Below, piece after piece: positions 22,025-31,492 of a stretch of DNA of 64,000 nt. Numbering within the stretch: the stretch's first letter is position 1; each line of letters opens with the position of its first letter. The notes beneath the pieces are model-generated. The model made no database searches. It saw only the letters and a list, made by a program, of their open reading frames with translations, and was not told the DNA's origin. Source of the stretch: an uncultured Rhodobacterales bacterium (GTDB lineage Bacteria > Pseudomonadota > Alphaproteobacteria > Rhodobacterales > Rhodobacteraceae); the NCBI GenBank assembly GCA_964352105.1, contig CAYGQQ010000002.1:7857-71856 (forward strand), given 5' to 3'. The translations under genes and the position numbers were made by a program.

Positions 22025-22464
22025 CAACTTTGACCGATCCACTCGCCGTTGCGTTCTTCAGCGAGATCCTGACCGTTGACCAATTGGCCCGCAGCAAGAT
22101 TTCGCGGGCTTTGCCGAAGGGCATGGAGCTGTCTCACTTCATGGTGCTGAACTATTTGGCGCGGTCAACGGAAACGCGGACACCGGCGCAACTGGCGCAT
22201 TCATTCAATCTGACCCGCGGGGCGATGACGAACACATTGCAAAAGCTGGAATGGGCGGGCCATATCCATATCAATCCCGACTGGGATGATGCGCGCAGAA
22301 AACAGGTGGTGATCAGTCCCGCTGGCCGCAAAGCGCGCGACACTGCCTTGGGGGCGATCACACCCATCATGTCACAGATCGTTGAGGCAACCGGGTCGGA
22401 AAAGGTTCGCGCGTTGCTTCCAGTTCTACGCGAAATTCGACTAAGGCTTGGCGAAAACGACTAG
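22021..22464 (+). CDS. MarR family transcriptional regulator
   Basis: wHTH region (MELSHFMVLNYLAR...TPAQLAHSFNLTRGAMTNTLQKLE). Start overlaps the upstream stop (ATGA). Confidence 0.85.
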   Translation: MTTLTDPLAVAFFSEILTVDQLARSKISRALPKGMELSHFMVLNYLARSTETRTPAQLAHSFNLTRGAMTNTLQKLEWAGHIHINPDWDDARRKQVVISPAGRKARDTALGAITPIMSQIVEATGSEKVRALLPVLREIRLRLGEND

Positions 22465-22467
22465 GCC

Positions 22468-23205
22468 TCAGGACGGCTTCACGCTTGCGGTGACGTAGTT
22501 CACCGACAGGTCGCGTTCCGACAAAGACCAACTCCATGCGATCGGGTTAAACACGAAGCCTTGGCGGTCCACCGGGTTCAGCCCAGCGCGCGTGATCAAA
22601 TCAAACAGCTCATCCGGGGTGATAAACTTCGACCACTCATGGGTGCCTTTTGGAAGCCAGCGCATGATATGTTCAGCGCCAATAATGGCCATCACATAGC
22701 TTTTTGGATTGCGGTTCAGGGTCGAACACACCATCAACCCGCCGGGTTTCAGCAATTGCTGGCACGCCGTCAGATAGGCCAAAGGATCTGCAACATGCTC
22801 CACCACTTCCATGTTCAAGACCACGTCGAACTGTTCGCCTGCTGCGGCCATCGCTTCTGCGGTTGTATGGCGGTAGTCAATCTCAAGCCCGGATTGCGCC
22901 GCATGCACTTTCGCCACGGGGATGTTGCGCTCAGCCGCATCGGCACCAACGACATCCGCCCCTAGGCGCGCCATCGGCTCAGACAACAGGCCACCGCCGC
23001 ACCCGATATCGAGGATGCGCAGACCTTCAAACGGATTGCGCTCGGTCAGATCGCGGTCGAATTCGGCGGCAATCTGCGATGTGATGTAGTCCAGCCGGCA
23101 CGGGTTGAGCATATGCAGCGGCTTGAACTTGCCGTTCACGTCCCACCATTCCGCAGCCATCGCCTCAAACTTCGCAATTTCGGCTGGATCAACAGTCGTG
23201 GTCAT
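22468..23205 (-). CDS. ubiG: bifunctional 3-demethylubiquinone / 2-polyprenyl-6-hydroxyphenol O-methyltransferase
   Basis: [29 protein letters not shown]... and SAM motif [13 protein letters not shown]; 245 aa. Confidence 0.93.
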   Translation of the reverse strand: MTTTVDPAEIAKFEAMAAEWWDVNGKFKPLHMLNPCRLDYITSQIAAEFDRDLTERNPFEGLRILDIGCGGGLLSEPMARLGADVVGADAAERNIPVAKVHAAQSGLEIDYRHTTAEAMAAAGEQFDVVLNMEVVEHVADPLAYLTACQQLLKPGGLMVCSTLNRNPKSYVMAIIGAEHIMRWLPKGTHEWSKFITPDELFDLITRAGLNPVDRQGFVFNPIAWSWSLSERDLSVNYVTASVKPS

Positions 23206-23272
23206 CAGTTTATTTCCTCTATCTCACGCATCGGGCATGGCAGTCCCGACCTGCAACGTTATATAGGGCGTT

Positions 23273-24262
23273 ATGGACAAAACGGCAGGACAAAACCGCG
23301 CAACTGCGCTGCTCTACCCTCCGATCGACCCGTTTGACCAGCGCATGCTGGATGTGGGCGACGGGCACAGGGTTTATGTGGAGCAATGCGGCAACCCTGA
23401 CGGGATCCCCGTAGTGGTTCTGCATGGCGGGCCCGGAGGCGGATGCAGCCCGGCGATGCGGCGCTATTTTGATCCGAACGTGTACCGGGTGATTTTGTTT
23501 GACCAGCGTGGCTGTGGCCGGTCGCGACCGCATGCGAGTGTTGAAGACAACACAACTTGGCATCTGGTGCGCGACATTGAGTTGATCCGAGAGAAGTTCG
23601 GGATCGACCGCTGGATCGTCTTTGGCGGTAGCTGGGGTGCCACGCTTGCCTTGATCTATGCGCAAAGCCATCCGGACCGGGCGGCCTACCTGATTTTGCG
23701 CGGCGTGTTCCTGATGACCCAGCGGGAGCTGGACTGGTTCTATGGCGGCGGGGCCGGTGCCTTTTTCCCGGACCGGTGGGAAAGTTTCGCCAAGCTCGTT
23801 CCACAAGATGAACAAGGTGACATGATCGCAGCCTATCACCGCCGCCTGTTTTCCGGAGATCTTCCGCTGGAGACCCGCTACGCCCGCGCTTGGGCCGGTT
23901 GGGAAAACGCACTTGCTGCAATGAACAGCGATGGGCCTGTCGGCGAAAGCCCTGCAGATTACGCGCGCGCCTTTGCCCGGCTGGAAAATCACTACTTCAC
24001 CAATAAGGGCTTTCTTGAAACAGACGGACAGATCCTCGCAAATCGCGACATGATCGAACATATCCCCGCGACCATCGTGCAGGGCCGTTACGACATGATC
24101 TGCCCACCTGTTTCGGCCTACAATCTGGCTGCTGGCTGGCAGGAGGCCAGTCTTCGAATGATCAAAGCCTCCGGCCACGCATTGTCCGAACCGGGCATAA
24201 CGGCTGAGCTTGTTCGGACGACAGATATGCTTCGCGAACGCGAAAAGCTCTTAAAAATATAG
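23273..24262 (+). CDS. pip: prolyl aminopeptidase (proline iminopeptidase)
   Basis: VVVLHGGPGGG, nucleophile elbow FGGSWGATL and C-terminal SGHA; 329 aa. Confidence 0.93.
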   Translation: MDKTAGQNRATALLYPPIDPFDQRMLDVGDGHRVYVEQCGNPDGIPVVVLHGGPGGGCSPAMRRYFDPNVYRVILFDQRGCGRSRPHASVEDNTTWHLVRDIELIREKFGIDRWIVFGGSWGATLALIYAQSHPDRAAYLILRGVFLMTQRELDWFYGGGAGAFFPDRWESFAKLVPQDEQGDMIAAYHRRLFSGDLPLETRYARAWAGWENALAAMNSDGPVGESPADYARAFARLENHYFTNKGFLETDGQILANRDMIEHIPATIVQGRYDMICPPVSAYNLAAGWQEASLRMIKASGHALSEPGITAELVRTTDMLREREKLLKI

Positions 24263-24368
24263 CGCTTTCGGGGCAGCGCAACTTTGTTGCGTCAATTCCC
24301 TTTACAGTTTCCACTCATTTGCTAACCTCAGCCACATCTGCTGGGGTTATAGGGAAGTTTCGGGGAAC

Positions 24369-25367
24369 GTGTCAGGATTGCTGAAGATCATCATTCAACG
24401 ACTCTTTCTAGGGATTATCACGCTTCTCGTTGTCTCCGTCATCATCTTTACCGCAGTGAACTTGCTACCGGGCGATTTTGCCCAGGCGATTTTGGGTCAG
24501 GGCGCGACTGAGGAAGCCGTTACAGCCATCCGAGAACAGCTCGGCCTCGATCAACATCCCGTCGCACGATATTTCCAATGGCTCGGTGCCGCGCTTCAAG
24601 GCGATCTTGGCACCCCGATGAGCCAGGCTTTATTCAAAAGCTTTGCAGGCTCAAATACGGGAGAAAGCGACATCACCGTGTTGTCGCAAATCGGTCCGCG
24701 CTTTGAAAACACGATGTTTCTGGCAGCTGTAACAGCCGCAATCGCCGTTCCACTGTCGATCTTTCTGGGCATCCTCACCGCGCTTTACAGAAACTCCGCC
24801 TTTGACCGCGGAATGAATGTTTTCACGCTGAGCTCCATCTCCAGCCCGGAATTCTTTCTCGCATATATCCTGATCTTGTTCCTTGCGGTGCTGAACCCGA
24901 TCTTCCCGTCACTGTCGAATATCTTCGAAGGCATGGCCTTTAGCGACCGTTTAGAAAAAACCATGCTGCCCGCTTTGACGCTGACCTTGGTGGTCACCGC
25001 GCATATGATGCGGATGACGCGCGCTGCGATTATCAACCTGCTGGCATCACCCTATATCGAAATGGCGCGGCTCAAAGGCCTAAGCCCGATGCGGGTGATC
25101 GTCAAACATGCGCTGCCGAACGCTTTGGCCCCGATCATCAACGTTGTCGCCCTGAACCTGGCTTACCTGATCACCGGTGTTGTGATCGTGGAGGTGGTTT
25201 TCGTCTACCCCGGCATTGGCCAGCTTTTCGTGGACAGCGTTAAAATTCGCGACATCCCGGTGGTGCAGGCCTGCTGCCTGATCTTCGCGGCGGCCTACAT
25301 TCTTCTCAACCTAACGGCAGATATCTTGTCTATTATTTCCAACCCACGTCTGAGACACCCGAAATGA
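24369..25367 (+). CDS. ABC transporter permease (DppB/OppB-like)
   Basis: Six-TM BPD_transp_1-type permease with the EAA-loop region (YIEMARLKGLSPMRVIVKHALPNAL). Confidence 0.9.
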   Translation: MSGLLKIIIQRLFLGIITLLVVSVIIFTAVNLLPGDFAQAILGQGATEEAVTAIREQLGLDQHPVARYFQWLGAALQGDLGTPMSQALFKSFAGSNTGESDITVLSQIGPRFENTMFLAAVTAAIAVPLSIFLGILTALYRNSAFDRGMNVFTLSSISSPEFFLAYILILFLAVLNPIFPSLSNIFEGMAFSDRLEKTMLPALTLTLVVTAHMMRMTRAAIINLLASPYIEMARLKGLSPMRVIVKHALPNALAPIINVVALNLAYLITGVVIVEVVFVYPGIGQLFVDSVKIRDIPVVQACCLIFAAAYILLNLTADILSIISNPRLRHPK

Positions 25368-26563
25368 GCGCTGTAATCACGATCATTGCGCTCATTGCGG
25401 CTATTGCCGCGTGTGGTTGGGTCTTCCGCCTTGCCGGACAGAAATTCACGCAGAATAAGCCGTATTTCCGGGATATGACCTTTGGGGTCGCTTTTGGGTA
25501 TGCGTTTGCGACTTTCGCCCTTCTGGGCCTGATCTGGGCCTATCTACAGGCACAAAGCAGCGATCCACTGGTGGCCAACAAATACTTCTTTTTCGGGAAA
25601 GCTGTTGAGGGCTTCGTGATCTTTGCAGTCGCCGCGTGGGTGTTCCGCCTTCTGGGGCGTTCTGTCGGGACATCGGGAACCCGAAAGCTGTTCCGGGCGA
25701 TGCCGCTGACAGCGTCCTTTGGCATCATGATCATCCTGATCTATGCGATTGTGGCAATTTTTGCGGGTGCGATTGCGCCTTACGGTCAGGAACAAATTCT
25801 GGGCGACGCGAATATCGTCCCCGGTGGCGACCCTGCATTGGGAGGCAACCCAGACTTTCCACTGGGCACAGATCAAATCGGCCGGGACATCCTGTCCCGT
25901 CTGATCTTTGGCGCGCAAAACACGGTTGGGATCGCGTTTGCAACCACTTTGCTTGCGTTCTTCATCGGTGGCACGCTGGGCTTTCTTGCTGCGACGCTTG
26001 GCGGGTGGCTCGACCAGCTTCTGTCGCGCGCGGTGGACGCGCTGATGGCAATTCCATCGCTGATCTTCGCGCTGCTGCTGATGACAATCGCGTCGGTCTG
26101 GTCCAACCAGATCGGTATTCCGCTGACCTATTTCATGATCGTGATCATCGCGGTCATTGACGCAACGCGGGTTTTCCGGCTTGCACGTGCGGTGGGCTCC
26201 AGCATCGTTGTCATGGACTATATCGAAGCGGCAAAGCTGCGCGGCGAAGGTCTGTCCTATCTTATCTTCCGGGAAATCCTGCCCAACGCGACAGCGCCTC
26301 TGCTGGCCGAATTTGGTCTGCGCTTCTGCTTTGTGTTCCTGACAATCGCATCGCTCAGCTTTCTGGGTGTCGGTATCCAGCCACCGCTGGCGGATTGGGG
26401 CACGATGGTGCGGGACCTTGGTCAATTTATCAACTTTGCGGCCTTTGCGCCTCAGGTCGCGGTCACACCACTTCTGGCAGCCGGCGCAATCGCGCTGCTG
26501 ACCGTTGCTGTGAACTTCGTCGTGGACTGGATGCTGCATAAATCATCGGGGCTGAAAGAATGA
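25364..26563 (+). CDS. ABC transporter permease (DppC/OppC-like) with about 110-aa extra N-terminal membrane region
   Basis: DppC-like core begins around residue 115 (LTASFGIMIILIYAIVAIFAGAIAPYG); EAA loop YIEAAKLRGEG. The N-terminal extension has three hydrophobic segments. ATGA overlaps on both sides. Confidence 0.88.
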   Translation: MSAVITIIALIAAIAACGWVFRLAGQKFTQNKPYFRDMTFGVAFGYAFATFALLGLIWAYLQAQSSDPLVANKYFFFGKAVEGFVIFAVAAWVFRLLGRSVGTSGTRKLFRAMPLTASFGIMIILIYAIVAIFAGAIAPYGQEQILGDANIVPGGDPALGGNPDFPLGTDQIGRDILSRLIFGAQNTVGIAFATTLLAFFIGGTLGFLAATLGGWLDQLLSRAVDALMAIPSLIFALLLMTIASVWSNQIGIPLTYFMIVIIAVIDATRVFRLARAVGSSIVVMDYIEAAKLRGEGLSYLIFREILPNATAPLLAEFGLRFCFVFLTIASLSFLGVGIQPPLADWGTMVRDLGQFINFAAFAPQVAVTPLLAAGAIALLTVAVNFVVDWMLHKSSGLKE

Positions 26564-28203
26564 GCCAACTTCTCAAAATACGTGGCCTTAAGATTGAAGG
26601 TCGCTCCGATGAGATCTGGAATCCGATTATCAACGGTGTCGATCTTGATCTGAATAAGGGTGAAGTTCTTGGGCTGATCGGTGAATCTGGTGCGGGAAAG
26701 TCAACCATTGGTCTTGCTGCGATGGGGTACACGCGTGATGGCGTGCGTATTTCTGCCGGATCTGTCGAATTTGACGGTGTCGATCTGGTGACGGCCTCAG
26801 CCGCCGCAAAACGCAGCCTTCTGGGCAGCCGCATTGCCTATGTTGCGCAATCTGCCGCTGCCAGCTTCAACCCGGCACACCGCATTATTGATCAGCATAC
26901 CGAAGCACCGACACAGCATAGCGTCTCCAGCAAAGCGGAGGCTGAAGCCGACGGTATGGAGCTTTATCGCAGATTGCGCCTGCCAAACCCTGACGAGATT
27001 GGGTTCCGGTATCCGCATCAGGTCTCTGGTGGGCAGTTGCAGCGCGCAATGACGGCGATGGCCATGTCCTGCCGCCCTGATCTGATCATTTTTGACGAGC
27101 CGACGACCGCGCTTGACGTGACCACCCAGATCGAAGTTCTGGCCGCGGTGCGTGATATCGTTGAGCAGTTTGATACAGCCGCGATCTACATCACCCACGA
27201 TCTGGCGGTTGTGGCGCAGATGGCTGACAAGATCAAAGTTCTGTTGCGCGGTGACGAGGTCGAAGAAGCAGACACACGCACAATGCTGTCTGCACCGACC
27301 GAGGACTACACCAAATCCCTTTGGGCGGTTCGCAGTTTCGAACGCCCTGCCAAGCCTGCAATAAACGTGAACGCGACGCCGATCGTCTCTGTTCAGGGGG
27401 TGACAGCCGCTTACGGGAAGATCGATGTTCTGCATGATGTCAGCTTCGACATTCACGAGGGCCGTACCGTCGCTGTCGTCGGCGAATCCGGGTCCGGCAA
27501 ATCGACAACCGCGCGTTGTATTACGGGGCTGTTGCCGCCCAGAATTGGTCATATCGAGTTTGAAGGCACGCAGATGCCGCTTGATTACCGCAAGCGCAAC
27601 AAGATGCAGCTACGTCAGGCACAGATGATCTATCAGATGGCCGACACTGCGCTGAACCCGCGCAAAACCATTGGCGAAACTATCGGTCGTCCGGTGGAAT
27701 TCTACATGGGGTTGACCGGTAAAGAGAAACGCCGCCGCGTCGAGGCCCTGCTCGAAGAGATTGAACTGGAGCCCACACAATATATCGACCGCCTGCCGTC
27801 TGAACTTTCCGGTGGTCAGAAACAGCGTATCGGGATCGCGCGCGCCTTGGCCGCCGAGCCGAAATTCATCATCTGCGACGAGGTCACATCCGCCCTTGAT
27901 CAGCTTGTTGCGGAGGGCATTCTGAAGCTTTTGGCGAAGCTGCAGGACGAAATGGGCCTCAGCTATATGTTTATCACCCATGACCTCGCGACTGTCCGGG
28001 CAATCTCGGACGAGGTGGTGGTGATGAAAGACGGTGTTGTCGTGGAGCAAGGTCCGAAACTGGACATGTTCCAACCGCCGCACCACCCCTACACCGACCT
28101 TTTGCTTAGTTCGGTGCCTGAAATGGACCCTGATTGGTTATCAAATCTTCTCGAGAGTCGCGGAGTTGATAACATCGGGGACGCTGCAGTTGGTAAGATG
28201 TAG
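26560..28203 (+). CDS. ABC transporter ATP-binding protein, duplicated (DppD-DppF fusion type)
   Basis: Two Walker A (GESGAGKST, GESGSGKST) and two signature motifs (VSGGQLQR, LSGGQKQR); 547 aa. Confidence 0.93.
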   Translation: MSQLLKIRGLKIEGRSDEIWNPIINGVDLDLNKGEVLGLIGESGAGKSTIGLAAMGYTRDGVRISAGSVEFDGVDLVTASAAAKRSLLGSRIAYVAQSAAASFNPAHRIIDQHTEAPTQHSVSSKAEAEADGMELYRRLRLPNPDEIGFRYPHQVSGGQLQRAMTAMAMSCRPDLIIFDEPTTALDVTTQIEVLAAVRDIVEQFDTAAIYITHDLAVVAQMADKIKVLLRGDEVEEADTRTMLSAPTEDYTKSLWAVRSFERPAKPAINVNATPIVSVQGVTAAYGKIDVLHDVSFDIHEGRTVAVVGESGSGKSTTARCITGLLPPRIGHIEFEGTQMPLDYRKRNKMQLRQAQMIYQMADTALNPRKTIGETIGRPVEFYMGLTGKEKRRRVEALLEEIELEPTQYIDRLPSELSGGQKQRIGIARALAAEPKFIICDEVTSALDQLVAEGILKLLAKLQDEMGLSYMFITHDLATVRAISDEVVVMKDGVVVEQGPKLDMFQPPHHPYTDLLLSSVPEMDPDWLSNLLESRGVDNIGDAAVGKM

Positions 28204-28284
28204 CACGAATCGTTCTATACTTGACCGAAAGAAATCCAAAATGCGGATGAACCGCATACACTCAAAACAAATTGGGAGAACTAA

Positions 28285-29829
28285 ATGACACAGATTTCAA
28301 GACGTAGCTTGCTCAAGACCGGCGCGGCCGCCGGTGTCTTGGCAGCAACCGGGATGCCTTTGCGCGCCCAGGCAAAACGTGGTGGGCGCCTGCGGATAGG
28401 CCTGAATGGCGCGAATACATCCGACAGCTGGGACGGACGGACACATTCTGACGCTTTCATGATTAACTGTGCGCATGGCTGCGTCTTTGATTGCCTGACC
28501 GAAGTTGGACCGGATGGTCAGCTGCGCGGTGAGCTTGCAGAAAGCTGGGAAGCCAGCGCCGACGCGAAAACCTGGACATTCAAACTGCGCCAGGGTGTGA
28601 CCTTCCATAACGGCAAAGCCTTTGGGGCTGACGACGTGATCGAATCGCTTTCGATGCACACAGCCGAAGGTGCCAAATCTGCCGCGCAGCCTATCGTTGC
28701 ATCCGTCGACGAGATGAAGAAGATCGGCGAGTACGAGGTTCAGATGACGCTGAAGGATGGGAACGCTGACTTCCCGTTCTTGTTGTCAGATTATCACCTG
28801 ATCATATTCCCTGCTGGCCAGATCGAAGAGGCAATCTCAAAAGGTATCGGTACGGGTCTTTACGAAGTCGTGTCTTTTGACCCAGGTGTCCGCTTTGTCG
28901 GAAAGCGTGTCGCAAGCCACTACAAGGACGGTACCGCCGGCTGGTTTGATGAGGTTGAATATATCGCGATCAACGATTCCTCCCCCCGGATGAATGCGCT
29001 GATGACCGGGCAGGTCGATGCGATCAACCGGATCGACTTCAAGACGGAGTCGCTTCTGAAAGCGAACCCTGCCGTGAAAATTTTCGAAGTGACCGGCAAC
29101 CAGCATTATACGCTGCCAATGCTGAGCCAGCAGGCTCCGTTCGACAATCTCGACCTGCGGCTTGCACTTAAATTCGGTGTTAAACGGCAAGAGCTTGTTG
29201 ACAAGATCCTGCAAGGTCACGGTGCTATTGGGAACGATCACCCGATCGGGCCTGCAAACCAGTATTATGCAGATGATCTGCCACAGATCGAGTATGATCC
29301 TGAGAAAGCGAAATTCCATCTCAAGAAAGCCGGGATGGAAGGCATTAACCTTGATCTGAACGTCTCGAACGCCGCATTCAACGGCGCGGTGGATGCTGCA
29401 CAACTGTTCCAGGCCTCCGCGAAACCGATTGGTGTCAACATCAACGTCGTTCAGGAACCTTCTGACGGATATTGGTCGAATGTTTGGATGATCAAGCCGT
29501 GGACAGCCAGCTATTATTCCGGTCGTGCGACGGAAGACTGGATGTTTGCGACTGCATATGAAGCCGGTGTTCCTTGGAACGAAAGCCAGTGGGATGATCC
29601 ACGCTTCCAGGAGTTGCTCTTTGCAGGTCGCAAAGAACTGGATTCGGCAAAACGTCGTGTCATTTATCGCGAAATGCAGGAAATCCTGTCAACACGAGGC
29701 GCAACGGTCATTCCGATGTATGCCAACTATGTTGACGCCGCGTCCTCGAAGCTGGCGCATGGCCCGGATATCGGGAATAACTTCCAGATGGATGGTTCTC
29801 GGATGGCTGAACGCTGGTGGTTCGCGTAA
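28285..29829 (+). CDS. ABC transporter substrate-binding protein, family 5 (peptide/nickel/opine type), Tat-like signal
   Basis: MTQISRRSLLKTGAAAGVLAATGMPLRAQA followed by an SBP_bac_5-like sequence; 514 aa. Confidence 0.92.
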   Translation: MTQISRRSLLKTGAAAGVLAATGMPLRAQAKRGGRLRIGLNGANTSDSWDGRTHSDAFMINCAHGCVFDCLTEVGPDGQLRGELAESWEASADAKTWTFKLRQGVTFHNGKAFGADDVIESLSMHTAEGAKSAAQPIVASVDEMKKIGEYEVQMTLKDGNADFPFLLSDYHLIIFPAGQIEEAISKGIGTGLYEVVSFDPGVRFVGKRVASHYKDGTAGWFDEVEYIAINDSSPRMNALMTGQVDAINRIDFKTESLLKANPAVKIFEVTGNQHYTLPMLSQQAPFDNLDLRLALKFGVKRQELVDKILQGHGAIGNDHPIGPANQYYADDLPQIEYDPEKAKFHLKKAGMEGINLDLNVSNAAFNGAVDAAQLFQASAKPIGVNINVVQEPSDGYWSNVWMIKPWTASYYSGRATEDWMFATAYEAGVPWNESQWDDPRFQELLFAGRKELDSAKRRVIYREMQEILSTRGATVIPMYANYVDAASSKLAHGPDIGNNFQMDGSRMAERWWFA

Positions 29830-29851
29830 GCTAACCCCACATCTAGATAAC

Positions 29852-29884
29852 AAAACGCCCCGTCAATTAGGCGGGGCGTTTTTT
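29852..29884. terminator. bidirectional rho-independent terminator
   Basis: AAAACGCCCCG-loop-CGGGGCGTTTTTT: 8-bp GC-rich stem with an A-run on one side and a T-run on the other. It sits between the SBP gene (+) and the small ORF at 29888-30019 (-). Confidence 0.8.
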
Positions 29885-29887
29885 GGT

Positions 29888-30019
29888 TTAGGCTGATTGT
29901 GCAGCTTCGGCTTCGCGTTTCCTGATGGTCCGGTTCATCACCAGATACATCAAGGCCACGCCGCTTAGGAATGCGCCACCGCCGACCGAGATCAGCAGGG
30001 TAATCATATTTCCGTCCAT
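29888..30019 (-). CDS. candidate 43-aa single-pass membrane peptide
   Basis: ATG 30019 is preceded by GAGGAGA with about 6 nt spacing. Encodes MDGNMITLLISVGGGAFLSGVALMYLVMNRTIRKREAEAAQSA (hydrophobic helix plus basic tail). The stop lies 4 nt from the terminator. Not in the ORF track, which lists a different frame (29727-30038). Confidence 0.45.
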   Translation of the reverse strand: MDGNMITLLISVGGGAFLSGVALMYLVMNRTIRKREAEAAQSA

Positions 30020-30120
30020 TTGAGGTCTCCTCTTTCACGTCCCAACCGTGGTTAATTTCCGATTACGGCGATTTTCTGACGAAGGTGCGGTGATGCTAAG
30101 TTAGCCAAAATAAGGGTTTT

Positions 30121-30666
30121 TCACCGTATGGGCAGTGCTGTCGTTTCCTTGATCTCTTCCATAACGAAACTGGCGGAGACGTCTTTGAGGTCAATTTTTT
30201 CGATCAAGCGTTGGTATAATCTGTCATATGCCTTCACGTCGGCAACCCGCGCATGGATCAGATAATCCATCGTGCCAGAGGTTCTGTAGACGCCCAGCAC
30301 CTCTTCAAAACTACGCGCGGCGGAGGAAAATTTCGACGACCATTTCGCGTCATGCTGGTCCGTCGTGACGGAAATGAAGACCGTAAGACCGAGGCCTATG
30401 GCGTCGGGGTCCACCAGCGCAACTTTGCGCTTCAGAATGCCCGCGTCCTCCATCCGCTTGGTGCGTCGCCACACAGCGTTGCGTGACAGACCCACCTTTT
30501 CGCCAAGCTCTTCGATGGAGCCACTGGCGTCGCGTTGCAATTCAACCAGTATGCGGCGGTCTATTTCATCATATTGCACGTCTTGATTCCAAAGCTTGGG
30601 AATGTATCCCAATAATTTATCAGAACTGCAAACATTTGGGAAATAATCTCTGGGGGTATCGGACAT
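30121..30666 (-). CDS. Lrp/AsnC family transcriptional regulator
   Basis: HTH_AsnC (IDRRILVELQRDASGSIEELGEKVGLSRNAVWRRTKRMEDAGIL) plus an AsnC ligand-binding domain. The N-terminus may be shorter than the track ORF. Confidence 0.88.
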   Translation of the reverse strand: MSDTPRDYFPNVCSSDKLLGYIPKLWNQDVQYDEIDRRILVELQRDASGSIEELGEKVGLSRNAVWRRTKRMEDAGILKRKVALVDPDAIGLGLTVFISVTTDQHDAKWSSKFSSAARSFEEVLGVYRTSGTMDYLIHARVADVKAYDRLYQRLIEKIDLKDVSASFVMEEIKETTALPIR

Positions 30667-30697
30667 ATTTCACGTACCACCGCTCACGGAGACCAAA

Positions 30698-30904
30698 ATG
30701 GCAAACCTGCAAACGCTTTTTACCGCACACCCAGCCTCAGTTGATGAGACGTATTTGGAGCATATGGCGTTTGCACTGAAGTTCTTTGCACTCCTGGCGC
30801 TTGCCGCCATGGCCGCTTTGGTTCACGCGATCCTGCCGTTCTGCTGCGAAAAAACCGCAAGCCGGATCGTTGCGAAACTCTACGCGAGAACATCGAACCG
30901 TTAA
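30698..30904 (+). CDS. small conserved-looking membrane protein (unknown function)
   Basis: 68 aa with one hydrophobic helix (FALKFFALLALAAMAALVHAILPF). Divergent from the Lrp-family gene with a 31-bp spacer. Confidence 0.5.
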   Translation: MANLQTLFTAHPASVDETYLEHMAFALKFFALLALAAMAALVHAILPFCCEKTASRIVAKLYARTSNR

Positions 30905-30943
30905 CGGTTTGGTCAGACATAGCCGCCCACCGCGCGTAGGGGT

Positions 30944-30982
30944 CCGACGAAAGTCCGACGCATAGCCGACGCTGTTCCGACC
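30944..30982. repeat. four CCGAC(G/C) hexamers phased at exactly 11 bp
   Basis: CCGACG at 30944, 30955 and 30966, and CCGACC at 30977, in the 84-bp convergent gap between the 30698-30904 and 30989-31360 genes. Confidence 0.6.
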
Positions 30983-30988
30983 GTGAAT

Positions 30989-31360
30989 TTAGCCGGGTGG
31001 CGCAGGTTCCCAAAGCTCGATCTTGTTGCCTTCGGGGTCGAACAAATGCGCAAAATGTCCAATGCCGGGCATCTCTTCGCGGTGGGTAATCTCGACGCCT
31101 TTCGATTCCAGCTCTGCGACCATGTCATTGATATTATCGACGCGGAAATTCACCATGAACTGGTTGGTATCCGGTCCGAAATAGTCGGTTTCTTTAGGAA
31201 AAGGGGCGAATACCGTCGCACCGCCATCTTGCATCCAAACCTGGTCTTCAACGCTGGTCGGCGTCGGATTGATGCCCAAATATTCGTCGTACCACGCCGC
31301 CATCGCCGCAGGATCGTGCGACCTGAAAAATATCCCGCCTATACCGGTTACACGCGCCAT
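30989..31360 (-). CDS. VOC (glyoxalase/bleomycin-resistance/dioxygenase) family protein
   Basis: MARVTGIGGIFFRSHDPAAMAAWYDEYLGI...FDPEGNKIELWE; 123 aa; AGGAGGA RBS. Confidence 0.88.
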   Translation of the reverse strand: MARVTGIGGIFFRSHDPAAMAAWYDEYLGINPTPTSVEDQVWMQDGGATVFAPFPKETDYFGPDTNQFMVNFRVDNINDMVAELESKGVEITHREEMPGIGHFAHLFDPEGNKIELWEPAPPG

Positions 31361-31409
31361 GGCATCCTCCTTTGCAGACCTGTAGATAGACTATCACAGT
31401 TTATGGCCC

Positions 31410-31438
31410 TTGCAGACTCGGGAAATCAGACGTATATC
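31410..31438 (+). promoter_or_regulatory. sigma70-like promoter candidate (TTGCAG-N17-TATATC) facing rimP
   Basis: -35 at 31410-31415 and -10 at 31433-31438, with 17-nt spacing. Motif-level only. Confidence 0.35.
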
Positions 31439-31492
31439 GCTTGCAACAGCGGCGCGCTGGGGTCCAAACCCGACGCTCCACCGGGAAACACC

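Noticed and set aside
24263-24300. A hairpin GCGCAAC-TTT-GTTGCG just after pip, considered as a terminator.
   Set aside because: The stem is short and no T-run follows. It could be a weak terminator, but this is not supportable from sequence alone.
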